NCBI RefSeq assembly: GCF_037042905.1
Contig: NC_087247.1
Location: 27,838,001 to 27,902,000 of the forward strand
DNA: 64,000 nucleotides
Source: Lytechinus pictus
Lineage: Eukaryota
Reading direction: 5' to 3'
Shown here: positions 1 through 13,200 of the stretch, in pieces
How positions within the stretch are numbered: the first letter of the stretch is position 1
Layout of the letters: each line of letters opens with the position of its first letter
Notes under the pieces: generated by a model
What the model was told of the DNA's origin: nothing
Seen by the model: the letters and a program-made list of their open reading frames with translations, nothing else
Databases searched by the model: none
Made by a program: the position numbers and the translations under genes

Positions 1-1017
1 TATACATGGGAGAAAATGTGAGTTGATGATACCATTTAAAGAGATAAAAACGTATTTCAAAATAAAAATATCAACACCAAATTACCATTTCCAATTCAGT
101 GGTCCTTTACTCCTTTAATGTCAATAACAGTCATTCTACTACAAGTAGGGCATACAAGAGTGTAGGTATACATATCATAAAATGGTTATCAAACTTATCT
201 GGATACTAACAAATGTTTGGTTGAAATCTGTCACATAGCCACTCATTTACTATATCTTACAGGAAAATTTGCTAATAACTGGTAACAATGACTAGTTCTA
301 TAGACCAGTCATGGTTTTGTGATGAGGATGATTTATCGAATAACTAGGATCCACATCACAACTTTTTAATACACATTTTGCTTGTGCATTAGAATAATTA
401 CACACCCTCGTTACCTTTGAAACTGCCTTACGCCCTCGGCTATGCCTTGTTCCAAAGGTATCTCATGCATTTCTTACTAATGCCCTCAATGATATGTGTT
501 ATTGTACAAAGCCTAGTTAGGTTGTTGTACGCAACAAATGGGAGGCTGAATATGAAACATTCGTTCCATTCCACATGTACCATCCAAAATTTACCATTGC
601 ATGGCTGGGAAGGTGACATCACCAAAAAAATATGATTAAATTCATTACACTTAGTAAATAAATGCAGGTGCAATACACATATGGGTCTACTGGCTAAATC
701 TGCACTGCTCTTGTGATGTGTTTAAGGGATTTTGGTTTTGGCTTTCACTAATTCTTTCCTCATTTTCATAAACGTAAGAAAAATCAATCATTGCTCATAT
801 TTTCACTAATTTCTGTGGCATTGTACAACACAAACAGTGAATATTCTTACTTGTGCAATGGTACGACATTTCGCATTCGGTGAAAGAAAGGGACAATCTA
901 TCTTTCACCTCGTACCACCGCATGCCTTTTCGCTATTTGCATATTTGTACATTAAAACATCAATGGAATCACTTAACAGATCTTGATAATGAAATGAGGG
1001 TGACGCTAAAAACTCAC

Positions 1018-1227
1018 CACTTGCACCAGCAACCTTTACAGTACCAGGGGCATGGGTCTGCACTTCTCTTAAGAGCTTGACCATCTCTTCTTCTTGATCT
1101 AGTCTTCCAGAGAAGTCCATGTAGAATTTGGATCCCAGTATCAAACCCAGCCACCCGTCCGGTTGATAGTACTCCTCCATCATCACAGGAATGATCCTCT
1201 TTTTGAGCTGGTAGGCGTATTCTGCCT
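1018..1227 (-). CDS. ARM-TIR gene, coding exon 8 (TIR end)
   Basis: EAEYAYQLKKRIIPVMMEEYYQPDGWLGLILGSKFYMDF...|gtgagt; ends at a phase-1 donor, next exon not found in the window. Confidence 0.9.
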
Positions 1228-4200
1228 CTGTTCTCATAGGAAGAAACACAACCAGTGAGCAACAGTGGGTGGTATTCTGAAAGCCATGGTTTAGTTAAAC
1301 CTAAGGTCCATCTTACAAAGAGTTGCGATTGATCCGGTCAATCGCAAATATGGACAGCCAGCAAAGTCAACATATAAAATGCATGTTTATTTTAAAAAAA
1401 ATATAGATATGAATGTATATCCATAAATTCATTGATTTCTTGACAATTTGGTGTGTTCTCCATTGTTTACAAAGGACAGTTTTCAAATTTCCTGTAAAAA
1501 TTATGACACTGATGGATTTCCATAGAGTTACGATTGATTGGATCAATTGTAACTCTTTGTAAGACAGGGCCCTGGATTGACTTAGACTACACATTCATGG
1601 AGTGCCAGATTGTGCCAGTTATATCAACCCATTTACCAATCAAAAGTTATTCTTATCCAGCAGCAGACAAGTGTCAAAAGATCTACTGAGTCATGAAAAT
1701 GGAAAGAATAGGAAAATAGAAAAATAGAAAAAGTATAACAAATTTTTATGAATTAATTGGTAATTAAGTGCCAAGAATATGGACAAAATATTATGAAGCC
1801 CAGCATTCCAAAGGAGTGTGGTTTAAGATTCTAGTTTAGACTCGGGTTAAACCTAGGTTTGATCATCATAATACCACTCAATGAGCTTAAAGAGGCAGGT
1901 AACTGAGAAGTAATAATGGGCATGTTAGGTTATCAGCGCTAGTATGTCTGGGAATAGAAAGCGAGGGAAATTGGTAGACTGAAGAACCAGGAGTGTTTTT
2001 CATGAAAGGACTTGTCAGACGTTTTATCGGACAAATCCCATTTAATCCGACAGTTACCATAGTAACAGTGCTTCTCAGCCAATCAAATTCAAGGAAAGTT
2101 GTCAGATCTAACAACTTGTCGGACAAAAATTTTGATGAAGTGCTCCCCTGAAGTCACTCTGAAAGAAACATCAATTTATGATGCAGGGTGTTAATTATGG
2201 TGTAAGAATCATGGGTCCCGTCCCATAAAACAATGGTTAGCGATTGATTGTACCTTTGATTTTTGTGATTAATTGTACATTGCAGTCAATGCAATCAACC
2301 GTAGAAATTTATTCTGCGATCATTCTAAGCTTTGCATTACAGACTCCTGGTAAAAGTCTAGAACTTGGGGTTATTGTAAATGACAATTCTGAGTTCAATT
2401 TAATTTGTATCGTCCAAATTTTTATGACACTAATTTCAATGTCAATTCAATTTATTCAACCATAAAAATATGTATATACAAATCATACAGTGTACATAAT
2501 TATGCAATAAATAGTACAAAATATGGCTAGGACCATAAAAAAAAGCAAACTGCTTGTAGATAATGCAAATATGGCTGACCATAGGCTTTTTTGCAATTCC
2601 ATAAAATATTCAACCCATTTGTACATCTGACAACCTGTTTTTTCTATTCTTACTTTATGGGATGGCCCTCTAGTTTAAACTTAAAACTTTAATTTAAACT
2701 CAGGATACTAGCTCCAGAATGCTATCTAATCTAATGATATCTAATTTGGAGTGACTGGATCAAATAATGCAAAACTAATTCTGTGGACGGACATACCTGT
2801 TCTGCAATTTGGGCTCTCCTTGTACCGCTCCGAGATGCACATAAGAACTATATATGATTTCTCCACAGCCTCTGCCATTGCTTGCAGTGTAGAGCCATGC
2901 ATATGATCAACATCAAGCCATACCTGGTAGCCAGCAGTCTTCAGGAATATTAAACATATATATCTTTTCTTTAAATTTCACTTTACTCTGCATTCAAACA
3001 AGATATATACAAAGCAACAATTGTTATATTACATAAATCAGTAACAACAGTTAAGAGTATCTGAATTAAAAATCATTCAAAATGTACAATTTTAGTCATG
3101 ATTATAGTTAAAAATATTAAGAAGCATGGAATGCATGAGACTGCCATAAAAAGCAGTATTAAAGGATTAATTGGAAGGCCGCCTCTGAAAGATCATCAGC
3201 GAGTAAATAATTTAAAAAATACAGATCAGTTTAATATGAAATACTGGCACCATGTATAAATATGTAATTATTCATCATATAAAATAACATGGGATACTAT
3301 ATTTTATCATGACATCTACAAAAAATGTCAATGCCAATGTCCCAAGAAAATTATATCATCTTGTTTATCTAAAAAATGTGTTGGTCATTACATGCTGATA
3401 GAGACTTTGCCATTACAAACAGTAGAAAATTGTGTATAACCTTTCCCAAGATGTGTACTGCCATCAATCCAAAGAAAGGAAAGATTATATATCTACAGTA
3501 ATAGGATAAATTCACTGTCAAGAGTACTGAAAAATCAGTAGTCCAGGGGGCATTTCATTAAACTGATCCTCAGATATGAATGACTTTAAGAACAGCTTTA
3601 CGAATAACTGGTGACACTCTATTGAAGTAAATGGTTTATCAAAGATTATTATTGGAGTTAAGATTGATTTGATCTCTCAAGAAAGGGTCACCAGTTGTTC
3701 GCAAGGTCGTTCGTAGCTTATGAACAGCTTTATGAAATGGCTACCTGACATCATTTAATCTTCACTTACTCGGAGATTATCTCTTATCTTCAGAACTATC
3801 GGCTGTGATCCCCATTGGTAACTGATCATGATATGTTTAGAACTTTCCATCCCTCCTGCTTAATATGAACATACAAATTATGAAATTAAAAAAATATATA
3901 TATTTAGGATCCTACAAATTTGGAGTTTAATCATGATTTTTAGTCTATGACAAACCATGTTACAAAAAAATAACAATTGTAGATATTGATTATAAATAGC
4001 TCTTACTTTTGAAGGGAACCAAGAACTGTATATAGAAATTTTCATCAAGAAAATAATGATGAACCTTCAGAATTTGATTTGTAAATTACAGTGGTGGGTC
4101 CAGAATTTCAAAATAGAAGTGGTGCAAAGAGCATGTGAATGGAGGGGTCACAGGTGACAACTTCCTTAGTTTAAAATGTATGTATGATTAATGGGCGTGC

Positions 4201-7200
4201 GCACCTGACTGGATCCGACACTGTATTTTACATGTTTGACATAAAATGCTCAGGTCATCTTTATATATCTTCTTAATACCTAGTTCCCACTGTCAAAGTT
4301 TGCGCCACGATTAAAATGGTGGTTTCAATTGTGGAAGTAATTGAAGTGATCGCACCAGATCAATCATGGCAATCTTATTGATTGTAGAAAATGTATCAAC
4401 GGTTCAGCAATTTTTTGTGATCACCTACGATAGGCCAATCGTGGGGATAGTACAGTGGGACAAAGTATTAGTCCCTCTTACCTTGCATTTCTTCAGCCGT
4501 TTTGTCATTTTCCACCTGCTTGGCCTGCCCCTTGGTGATTACCCATAATGCCCCTTTTGCTGCGTCTGATACGTTTGATTCCGGGGATTGCGTGAGCGAC
4601 TCCAGGAGCTTCACACATTCTCCGTTCTCAACAATCTTCTGACGGCCTTCATCCGAGAAGGCCAGATTCCATATAGTATTGGCAGCAGCTTCTTGGGTGT
4701 CCGTGCTCCTGTCCTTTAGCATCTTGACCAACAGAGGGAGCCCTCCAGCTTCTAGAATCTGTTGATTAAATTGGAATTTTTTTTTACATTCTCTTAATCA
4801 ATCTCATGGGCCAAGTTTGTCTAATAGGACTACTACGGGACCAAACTATGATAATTACAATGTTGATGGTGTGAAGATTTATATTACGGGACTTTAATTT
4901 CAATTTCAATTTCATTTCAATTTCCAATATCAGTTTCAGTTCCAATTTCAATTCCAATCTTAAAGTTGACATAAGAAGGAAATAAATATCCTGGAATATG
5001 GTATGTAAGGAAAGCATATTACATATATAATCTGTTTATCCACATATAATACCATAAAAGTCGTCTGGCACCTTGGTATCCTCCACTAAAATGCCTCCAA
5101 AATAGCATCTCTAACGAGCCAGGAAACTTCTCACGATTTCCACCTCAGTCTATGTGACGTCACGTCATGCCTGCCCTCTCATTATGTTCCCCGGATGTTC
5201 CACATAAAATCATACACAGAGCTCCAGAAAATGTTTTCCTTTTTTTTTCAAAAGTTAAAAACTCAGCTAAATAATGGTTGTGTACATATTCCTTTGCCTT
5301 ATATATATCGCTGATATAATAAATAATAATTATCGGGCTTACGATTTCGAAATATTTGCGGAAACATTCTTTTATGTCACATTTTCTTCACTCATTTTTA
5401 TTTTTTTGTGTGTTGAAATCTTTGAACGTTCGTGTGCCGAAGACCGGCCTGACTTTGAAAGTAGATCCGGTCGATTGCTTTCCCCCGCCCCCAAGCTCTA
5501 CGTACACGTGCGGTGTTTGTTTACATTTGTTTCGACTCTCGCTTTCTGCTTTATACTGGATCACGCGCTAGAATGGAACAGAACGATCTTTTTATGGATT
5601 TTGAGGACTTTCAAGAGGAAGGTGAAGAGGAAAGTGATGAAGAGAGCTACGAGGACGACGGTAGTTGGGAGGACGCGTCAACGAGTGAGGAAGGAGAAGA
5701 CGATGGAGAAATCGGAGAAGAGGGAGTCGTTGACGATGACTATAACGCTCCTATGCCAGCCGCAGCCACCGAGGCCAGCGCCAGGGGAACGGCCCGCCTA
5801 GGAGCCGAGGGAGCACCCGATGTTCCGCAACCGTATCTCCATGAACCACCACCGAGACAAGATGACGATGATGGCCTTTTTAACGACGGAGATGCTCCCC
5901 GGGATGTCGATCCTCATCGGTTAATGAATAATGATTGGTTAGTTATTGTCTAATTATCTGACTTAGCTTAGAGACTCCATTCATTTACTAATAATACCAC
6001 GTTTCTTAGTTGCTTGCCTTTGTGACTTAGTCACTGTCACTTGTCAATTTGACGGACAGTGTCAGTGTCTCTCAGGCTCAGCTAGCTCAGTTCGTTCAGT
6101 CGGGATTGAAATATCATTAGATCTTATTCGTTAGTGGCTACAATTTTTTCTGTCATTGTGTGTATTTGAGTTTTGTCAGACGTGTATCAATCAGATATGA
6201 TTATTTACGTCTGGGACCGACCTTTAACGTCACCATCCGAAAGATGGTGACGTAACCAGTAATTTTAATTTGAATGTAAAAGAAAATAAAAACGATAAGG
6301 TTATATCACCGAGCAAACGCTTTTATGGAATTTAAAAAAAATAATTCACCCAACAAGTCCGAAGCTGAGCTGAGTGAGACTTCAGTACCGGTAGTAGCCC
6401 AACACTATTCAGCACCTGCGAACAATTTTATTGCCACGTTTTTCTTTAAAATTTATCTTACATGAAGGATGGTAGAAAATTGACTAGTGTATGCATTGAA
6501 TACATTTAGGAGGTACAAACATGATGTAATAAGTATCGCATGAGGTCTGCTTTATATTATTATTAGCTCTAATATGTCAAGTCTCTTGCAAATATACAAT
6601 TGACCCCCCCCCATGGAATGGAGAGCACCACTACAGCACTAGTTTTGTGTTAAAATTTGATCCAGATGAGGTGTTGTCCACAAACAGCGTATCTTCATCT
6701 ACACGTACCCACTGCCAGGATTTTTCAAGGGGGGGGGGCACATTTCCCCAAAAAAAATTGACAAACAAAATGAAAAAAAAAATACTCGCTTTCAAAGGGA
6801 GGGGGCACGAGTCAGATGTGCCCCCCCCCCCCCCCTCCCTCTGGATGTGCCAGTGCCCACTGCACATAATTTGCATCTTTTCCCCAAAATATCTCATAGA
6901 CTTACATTGCATTAAAATCCGCAGGCAAGAGGAGTCTAAAAAAGATGATTAATACTGATGTTTCTTCTTTTTTTACTTTTAGGTGTCTATGTGGTGGCCA
7001 CTGCAGGGTGGAACCTTCATTCTCTGCAGGTGACAGCACATGTTGCAGGGAGATTCCTGAAGTTTCATTTGAAACGGACGCTTTAGGCGTAGACTGTCTC
7101 ACTACAACAGAGGCGTTTGAGTCAGCCATCCTGAACCCAATATCTTTATATATTGGATGGATGGAGTACACGGACAGGTGGAGGCGAGCAGCCAGGGCCT

Positions 7201-10200
7201 TTGGTAACCGAAACAATGAGTAAGTATCATGGTCATTGACATGGACTTTACCTCCTTACTAGATAATGTATAGCCTTCAACAGTAATCAGAAAAATTTTG
7301 TTCTTGATTAATATATTTTCTGTGCATTAGTTTTCAAAGAGGCAGGGTAAAATGAAATTATTTGGGGTTATGCAATGTTTGACATATTAACCAGGAAATT
7401 AGTGTAATTATTTTTGTGTCTAAGCTGGATATTTGTTTTTTTTTTCAATTTGAAAGAAAGTTTTTAAAATAGGAAGACTTTTTTAAGCAGGCACTTTATC
7501 AGGTACATGTAGTGTCATGCTCTTCATGTATTTTTATTTACATGTATGGACCTGACCAAGCATGGTAAATTGACAATGTCTCTTACATGTACATGTTTTT
7601 TTTCTGATGGTGTTACAGTAATAAAAACTTGGGGTTTATATCATTCTTGCGGCAAACAAAAAATTGAAGGGAATTTCAAACCATTGCATACATGTATTTC
7701 TGGTTTTAGTATTTTAATTTAAGTCTCTCTTTACATTAATCTTCTGTATTTTTATTTTGCAGGAAATACAGATATGTGGCTTATAGAAAAGTTGTCCGCT
7801 GGTGTTGGGGTTTTCTCGGCAAAGACATAAGGGTGCAACTACCTGCCTGCATACACTCAAAAATCATGCGAGCCTATCCTGATGGTGCTGGAATTTACAA
7901 GGGGACAGTTCTGCGAGTATTGAGAAGATAAATGACTTATGTATATATATATCATAATTTTGTTTTGGCAGTTTTTTGCTACGTTTCAGCACTCAAAATG
8001 CAAAGCTCTGTACATTGATCAGTATTTGAAGATGCCATCCATTAAATTTTAAATGTTTGAAAGTGTACTTACATGAACCTTATATATGTACCTTCACTCA
8101 CATGTAGTTATCTTCTGATTTTGATGTTACTTACATCAGTGTGCATGTCTCTCTATACTGTATAATATAATGAGTTAAATTGACTGTATAGATGCATTGT
8201 TCATTCTGCATGTAGAACTGGTTTCTACTTACTAAATTTGTTATTTGTTTAAGTGGATTTGGAATTCAGAGTTTTCAAGACATGTTCGGACCTTAGGGGT
8301 TACATTATTTGATATGTCATATTATCAAGTACAGTTCATTATTTTCCTTGTTTTGATTATTATCATTAGCATTAGGCCTACATGTATGATTTATCTTTAT
8401 AGGAAAACATTTACATGTCTCATCTATTGGAAATCAAAATGTAAATGGTTTGCAGGTGAAAAAATCCTGCATTTGATGGTTTTTAATAATTATTTTTTAG
8501 AATTATATATAGTAACAATTGTAAATATAATAAGGATACATTGTACAGGTGAAGTTACTTGTCGAATGGTCATTCTGTATTGACGTACATGTAGCTGTGC
8601 AGATATTGATTTTTAGTCCATTATCTGTTTCAAAATATTGAGTTATATATGTTTAATTCCTGTATGGAAAGCAATGTTTTTGTGTTGCATCTTAATACCA
8701 TGAGAAAGTGATAACATACATTTATTCCCATCTCAGAGTGTAATTCAGAGTAAAATTGTTTTTAAAGAAGTTTCATTAGACAAAAACATTAGTTAATGGG
8801 TTTATGGACTTGCACAATGTATTCTAACTTCGTCATCTTCATCAGTTTGTTATTGCTTAGCTGTTTGGGTGCCTGGTAAATAATGTAATGTCTTTTCTTC
8901 CTGTTGCAGATATTGATAAATGAAGTCATTTAATTGTTTAAAAGGCCATATATCTTTTACAACTGTACTTGTATTTTGAATTCAAAATAATTTGAAATGT
9001 ATTGGATCGAACTATCTTGGTATATGCCTTCTGTGATTGTAATATTGAACTATGGTCCATGTATATTTTGCTTTATTTTGATGGTGTTTTTTTTTTATTT
9101 GCGTCTAGTCAAAGTCATTTGGGAATTACATGTAGATATGTATTTTCTTGCTTTTTCCAAGGCCCTTCTACTTGGAAATCAAGTAATGAAGATGAGTTAG
9201 TTTGCCTTTTGTAATGTACATGTAGATGATAATTCTGAAGAAACAAATAGACTTATTAGGAATTTTGAAATTTCCTGTCTGAATTTTTTTTCTTTTGATG
9301 AATGATGCTTAAATGATTGTTGATGTAAATTACAGGGCAATTCTATAAAATATGTGCGTCCGAACCCCTATATTTGGGACCTTCCTGAAATTTTCTGTCT
9401 CTGATTTTTGGTTCTTTTGACAGTCTGAAATGCTGTCAAATGACCATGACTTGGCCAATTTATCAAGTGAAGACTAGAAAAATTAGGTCGGATTTTCAAA
9501 AAGGTTTATCATTTTATGGAATTGCCCTACATATTTATGTGTGCTTTATGAAAGGGATCACAATGTTCAAGACTTTCTTGGGAAGCATAGAACCCCATTT
9601 CTAGCTTTCACACTGAATTGGACTGCACATTCAATATGAAAATTAAGTTTTCTTTCGTACTCATTTTCCTTTCACAAGGAATATTCAGTTTCAGTAGCAA
9701 GTACATGTACAAACCAGAAATTTAATTTCATTATTCAAACATCCCTAGGAAGTCTTGAGCATTCTATGACTGTTCTAATAGAGGAATAGATACGGTAATT
9801 GTGTTTTATAAGATGATGATTTGAGGGAAGTGGTGATGTGCTGCACTGCTGATGCTGCTATTATGAGTGTTGATACAGAGGAAAAGTGAGCAATAGATAA
9901 CGGTGGCTGTGATGAAAATGAAGACGACCAAGCATGAGAAGTGAACATGTCAAATATAAGATGCAGTGGATCCTATTAAGTTACTGCTGGTAGCAGAACA
10001 CACACTTTTTTTAAAACTCCAGAGCAACAGAGCTTGTCATTGGGACACTTACATATTGTGAAGTGACATTGGAGGATTTTGTGCTAACTTTTTGTGAATT
10101 TTTTGGAAATTTTTGTTGAAAAATGTAAATTTTCAAAAATTTAGGGAGACCCCCCCCCCCCCCTGCTGTGTATGGGCATTGGTACCAAGGTACTTAAAAA

Positions 10201-13200
10201 GTTGGGTCAAGTCAAACGTTTCTCAAATACACAACCAATACTTCTCTATTTCCTTTGTTCTCTCTTTCCTTCCTTTTCTTACTTTCCCTTTTTCATAATT
10301 AAAAAAATCATGAGGTGTATAATATAAAATAAATTTAATGTTTGAATTCTCATTGATGGACATCTACCATCAGGGTTTGTGCTCCCTCATTGTGTAACTG
10401 CCTATCCCTACTATTCAATAAGAAAAATAAATTAGGATGTGGATCTTGCCCCACCCCCCATCAAAATACCATGGTAATTTAAAACATGAAAATCTGGGGA
10501 AACATATTTTAACAGAGTTTTCAAGAGGGCCGACAGTCCCCTGTCCCTCTCCCATGATATTTTTCCATTCTAACAAAGAAGGAAAAAAACCTGGGGACGT
10601 TTCATAAACTTTTTTTAACAAACTTGCAATAACTGTTTGAGGTGCAAATAGGCCTATGGATCACGTTGATTGGCTGAGGGTAAACTTTGTCAAAGAAATT
10701 GTGCATTTATTATTATGACAAGGAACAGGAATAAGATCATTGTCCTTATTAGTTGTAGCGCTGCTTCGAGGAACACTTACGGTACCCCTCCCGCTTTATC
10801 AAAGGATTCCTCAGATTTTTTATGTATTTCTATCGCAAAACCACGGGTTCATGGCCAATGATGAGACAAAAAATTATGAGAAGGTCTAAGTTTGGAATAT
10901 GGTGCCATATTCTGAAAAGGTCTGCAATCCTATAACAGATGCATTCAAATATTAAAATTTTGTTATAAAATTGATATAAATTGTATGAAAAAGATGTGTA
11001 AAGACACATGTACATTTTTCATAAAATAAATCGAGATGGGTAGAGAAGATATTTTCACACCCACCCCAGTGGCACATACTTAATACCAAACTTTGATCTA
11101 CCTCCAGACCTGCCATTCATGAAGAGAATAAATAATTGTATTAAAAACAAAGTAGTTCAGATGTGTTTCTCTAAATGCACAACTTTTTATTGGCGATGAA
11201 AACAAAATATATATGTAAGTCTTGGTCAAAACAAATGTAATATCAAATCATCAATATAGAAAAAGAACAGACTGACAAGAAACCAACTTCTTTTCCAAAG
11301 GCTATGAAAATTTTTTTGATATAGATACTAACACTGAAAAGTAATTGTACAGCAATGAATTTTGATGACCACAAGATGCATGTATGCAAGTACTTGGGGC
11401 AGACCCCGGATTTTCCAAAAAGGGGGCACATTTTACCCAAGGAAAATTTGACGAGAAAAAGAAACGAAATAATTATTATACACATTGAAAATATTGACTC
11501 TCCAAAGGAGGGCACTGATCAGAAGCCCCCCCCCCCCCCCCTGGATCTGCCACTGCAAGTACTAACTAGCATAATTTTGTTAATGCAAAACAAGGCCTGT
11601 AATAATGCAAATAAAATTGATGAGTACATATACACGTACAATAAAAGTGTTGAAAAGTACCAAGCATACTGTCAAACAACTTTTTTTATAATCCCTACAT
11701 TTTTTTTCAACTAATCCAACATCTCGACAATTCCTGTCAAGTTATTGAGGTTGAGAAGTACAAGTAAAGCAATGGTGTTGAAAAGAACCAAGCATCTAAT
11801 GAAGTACACCTAACATAATTCTTTTTACATATAATACAAACAAAAAACTAAAACATCAAAAGTTTCTAAGCATACTTTCTGATAAGGTTCAGATCTTGAG
11901 ATGAATAGTACTTACTGCTTCCTAATAAAGCATAAGAATAAACTTCAGAGTCCATTGAATCAGATAATCTTTACATAAACATACATGTACATAGTGTAAA
12001 TCTACTAGTCTAAATACTGCTCTAAGTCTAGAAAAAAAGTGTTTATATCGAACAATCAGTATTCCACCTTCAACAAAAATTTAACAAATGTACCATCAAA
12101 CTGACTTGAGAAACAAAATCTGGAGACCTTTCTTGCAAAAACTCCCCTTTTTGAATCATCAAATTACAAATAAAATGCATATAATGACAAACATGTTTTC
12201 ACCACTGGAGATAGTTAGTGCAGTAATGATTCAGAACTTTATCACTTCAAAAACTCTGACAATCTTTTAAAAATATAAAGCATAAGTCATCTTACAAACA
12301 AGGTGGAAAAATAGCAGCTAATGCATACATGATTGTAGACCCTTATCATTCATTTGGCAATAGCTAATTAAATACTATGATAAAAATATAAATGAGTTCT
12401 CACTGAATATATATCATATTATTGCAACATGAGTAAGACTTTTCTGGCAAGTTAGAGGGAATTGTCATTTTTAAACATGTTCATACCATTTGAAGATAAA
12501 CTCCAGTTTCAATTGCATCAAGCTCCAACTTGAAATGACAATTTATATAAACGATGCAGAACGACACTGCAAAGATGGCAAAAGTCAAGTTATGATCATC
12601 TCGCAATGAACATACATCAGGCAGCTCACCACAAACTTATTTCATCAAACAAGAATTAGGAAGGACAGCCAAATTCTTTATGAAGCCTTCCATAATGAAA
12701 ATATAAATGATGTCAATCTCAATGAACATATCGTATTATTGCAACTTGTCTAATTTTGGCAAGTTAAAGGAAATGCATCAATACTTATTCAAAGATTAAC
12801 TCCAGCTTCAATGTCAAGCCATAATGTGTCAAAACAATGTCAATATGTACACATACAGTGTAAATGTATATTGCAAAGGAACACTGTAAAGACTATGATT
12901 TTAAAGATGTCAATGAATCAGATATCAAATACAGGTAATTTTGTATGGTTCAGCCTTCCATAGAACATACATGTATTATGGAAAATAATGTGCAATATAC
13001 CAATTAAAGGTAAAAAAGAAAAATAGATGGCTGTGGGCCCAAAAGATTTGACTTAGGCATATTTTCCTTCGTTAAATTCTCATAATTGTTTTCATGTCAA
13101 ATGATATAAATTTGAATTAGCACTTGTATTTTCCATCAATCTACAAACATTACATATAGATGTATCATGTACATAGAATCCTGACAGGAGCAAAATAGTT

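Noticed and set aside
5573-7931. Calling this gene a P2X7 receptor
   Set aside because: Only the ballast-like domain is present, with no transmembrane or ATP-binding ectodomain, and it lies within transposon TIRs.
12380-12900. Degenerate tandem duplication of about 315 bp between the two Kolobok genes
   Set aside because: Visible but old and non-coding; no function can be supported.
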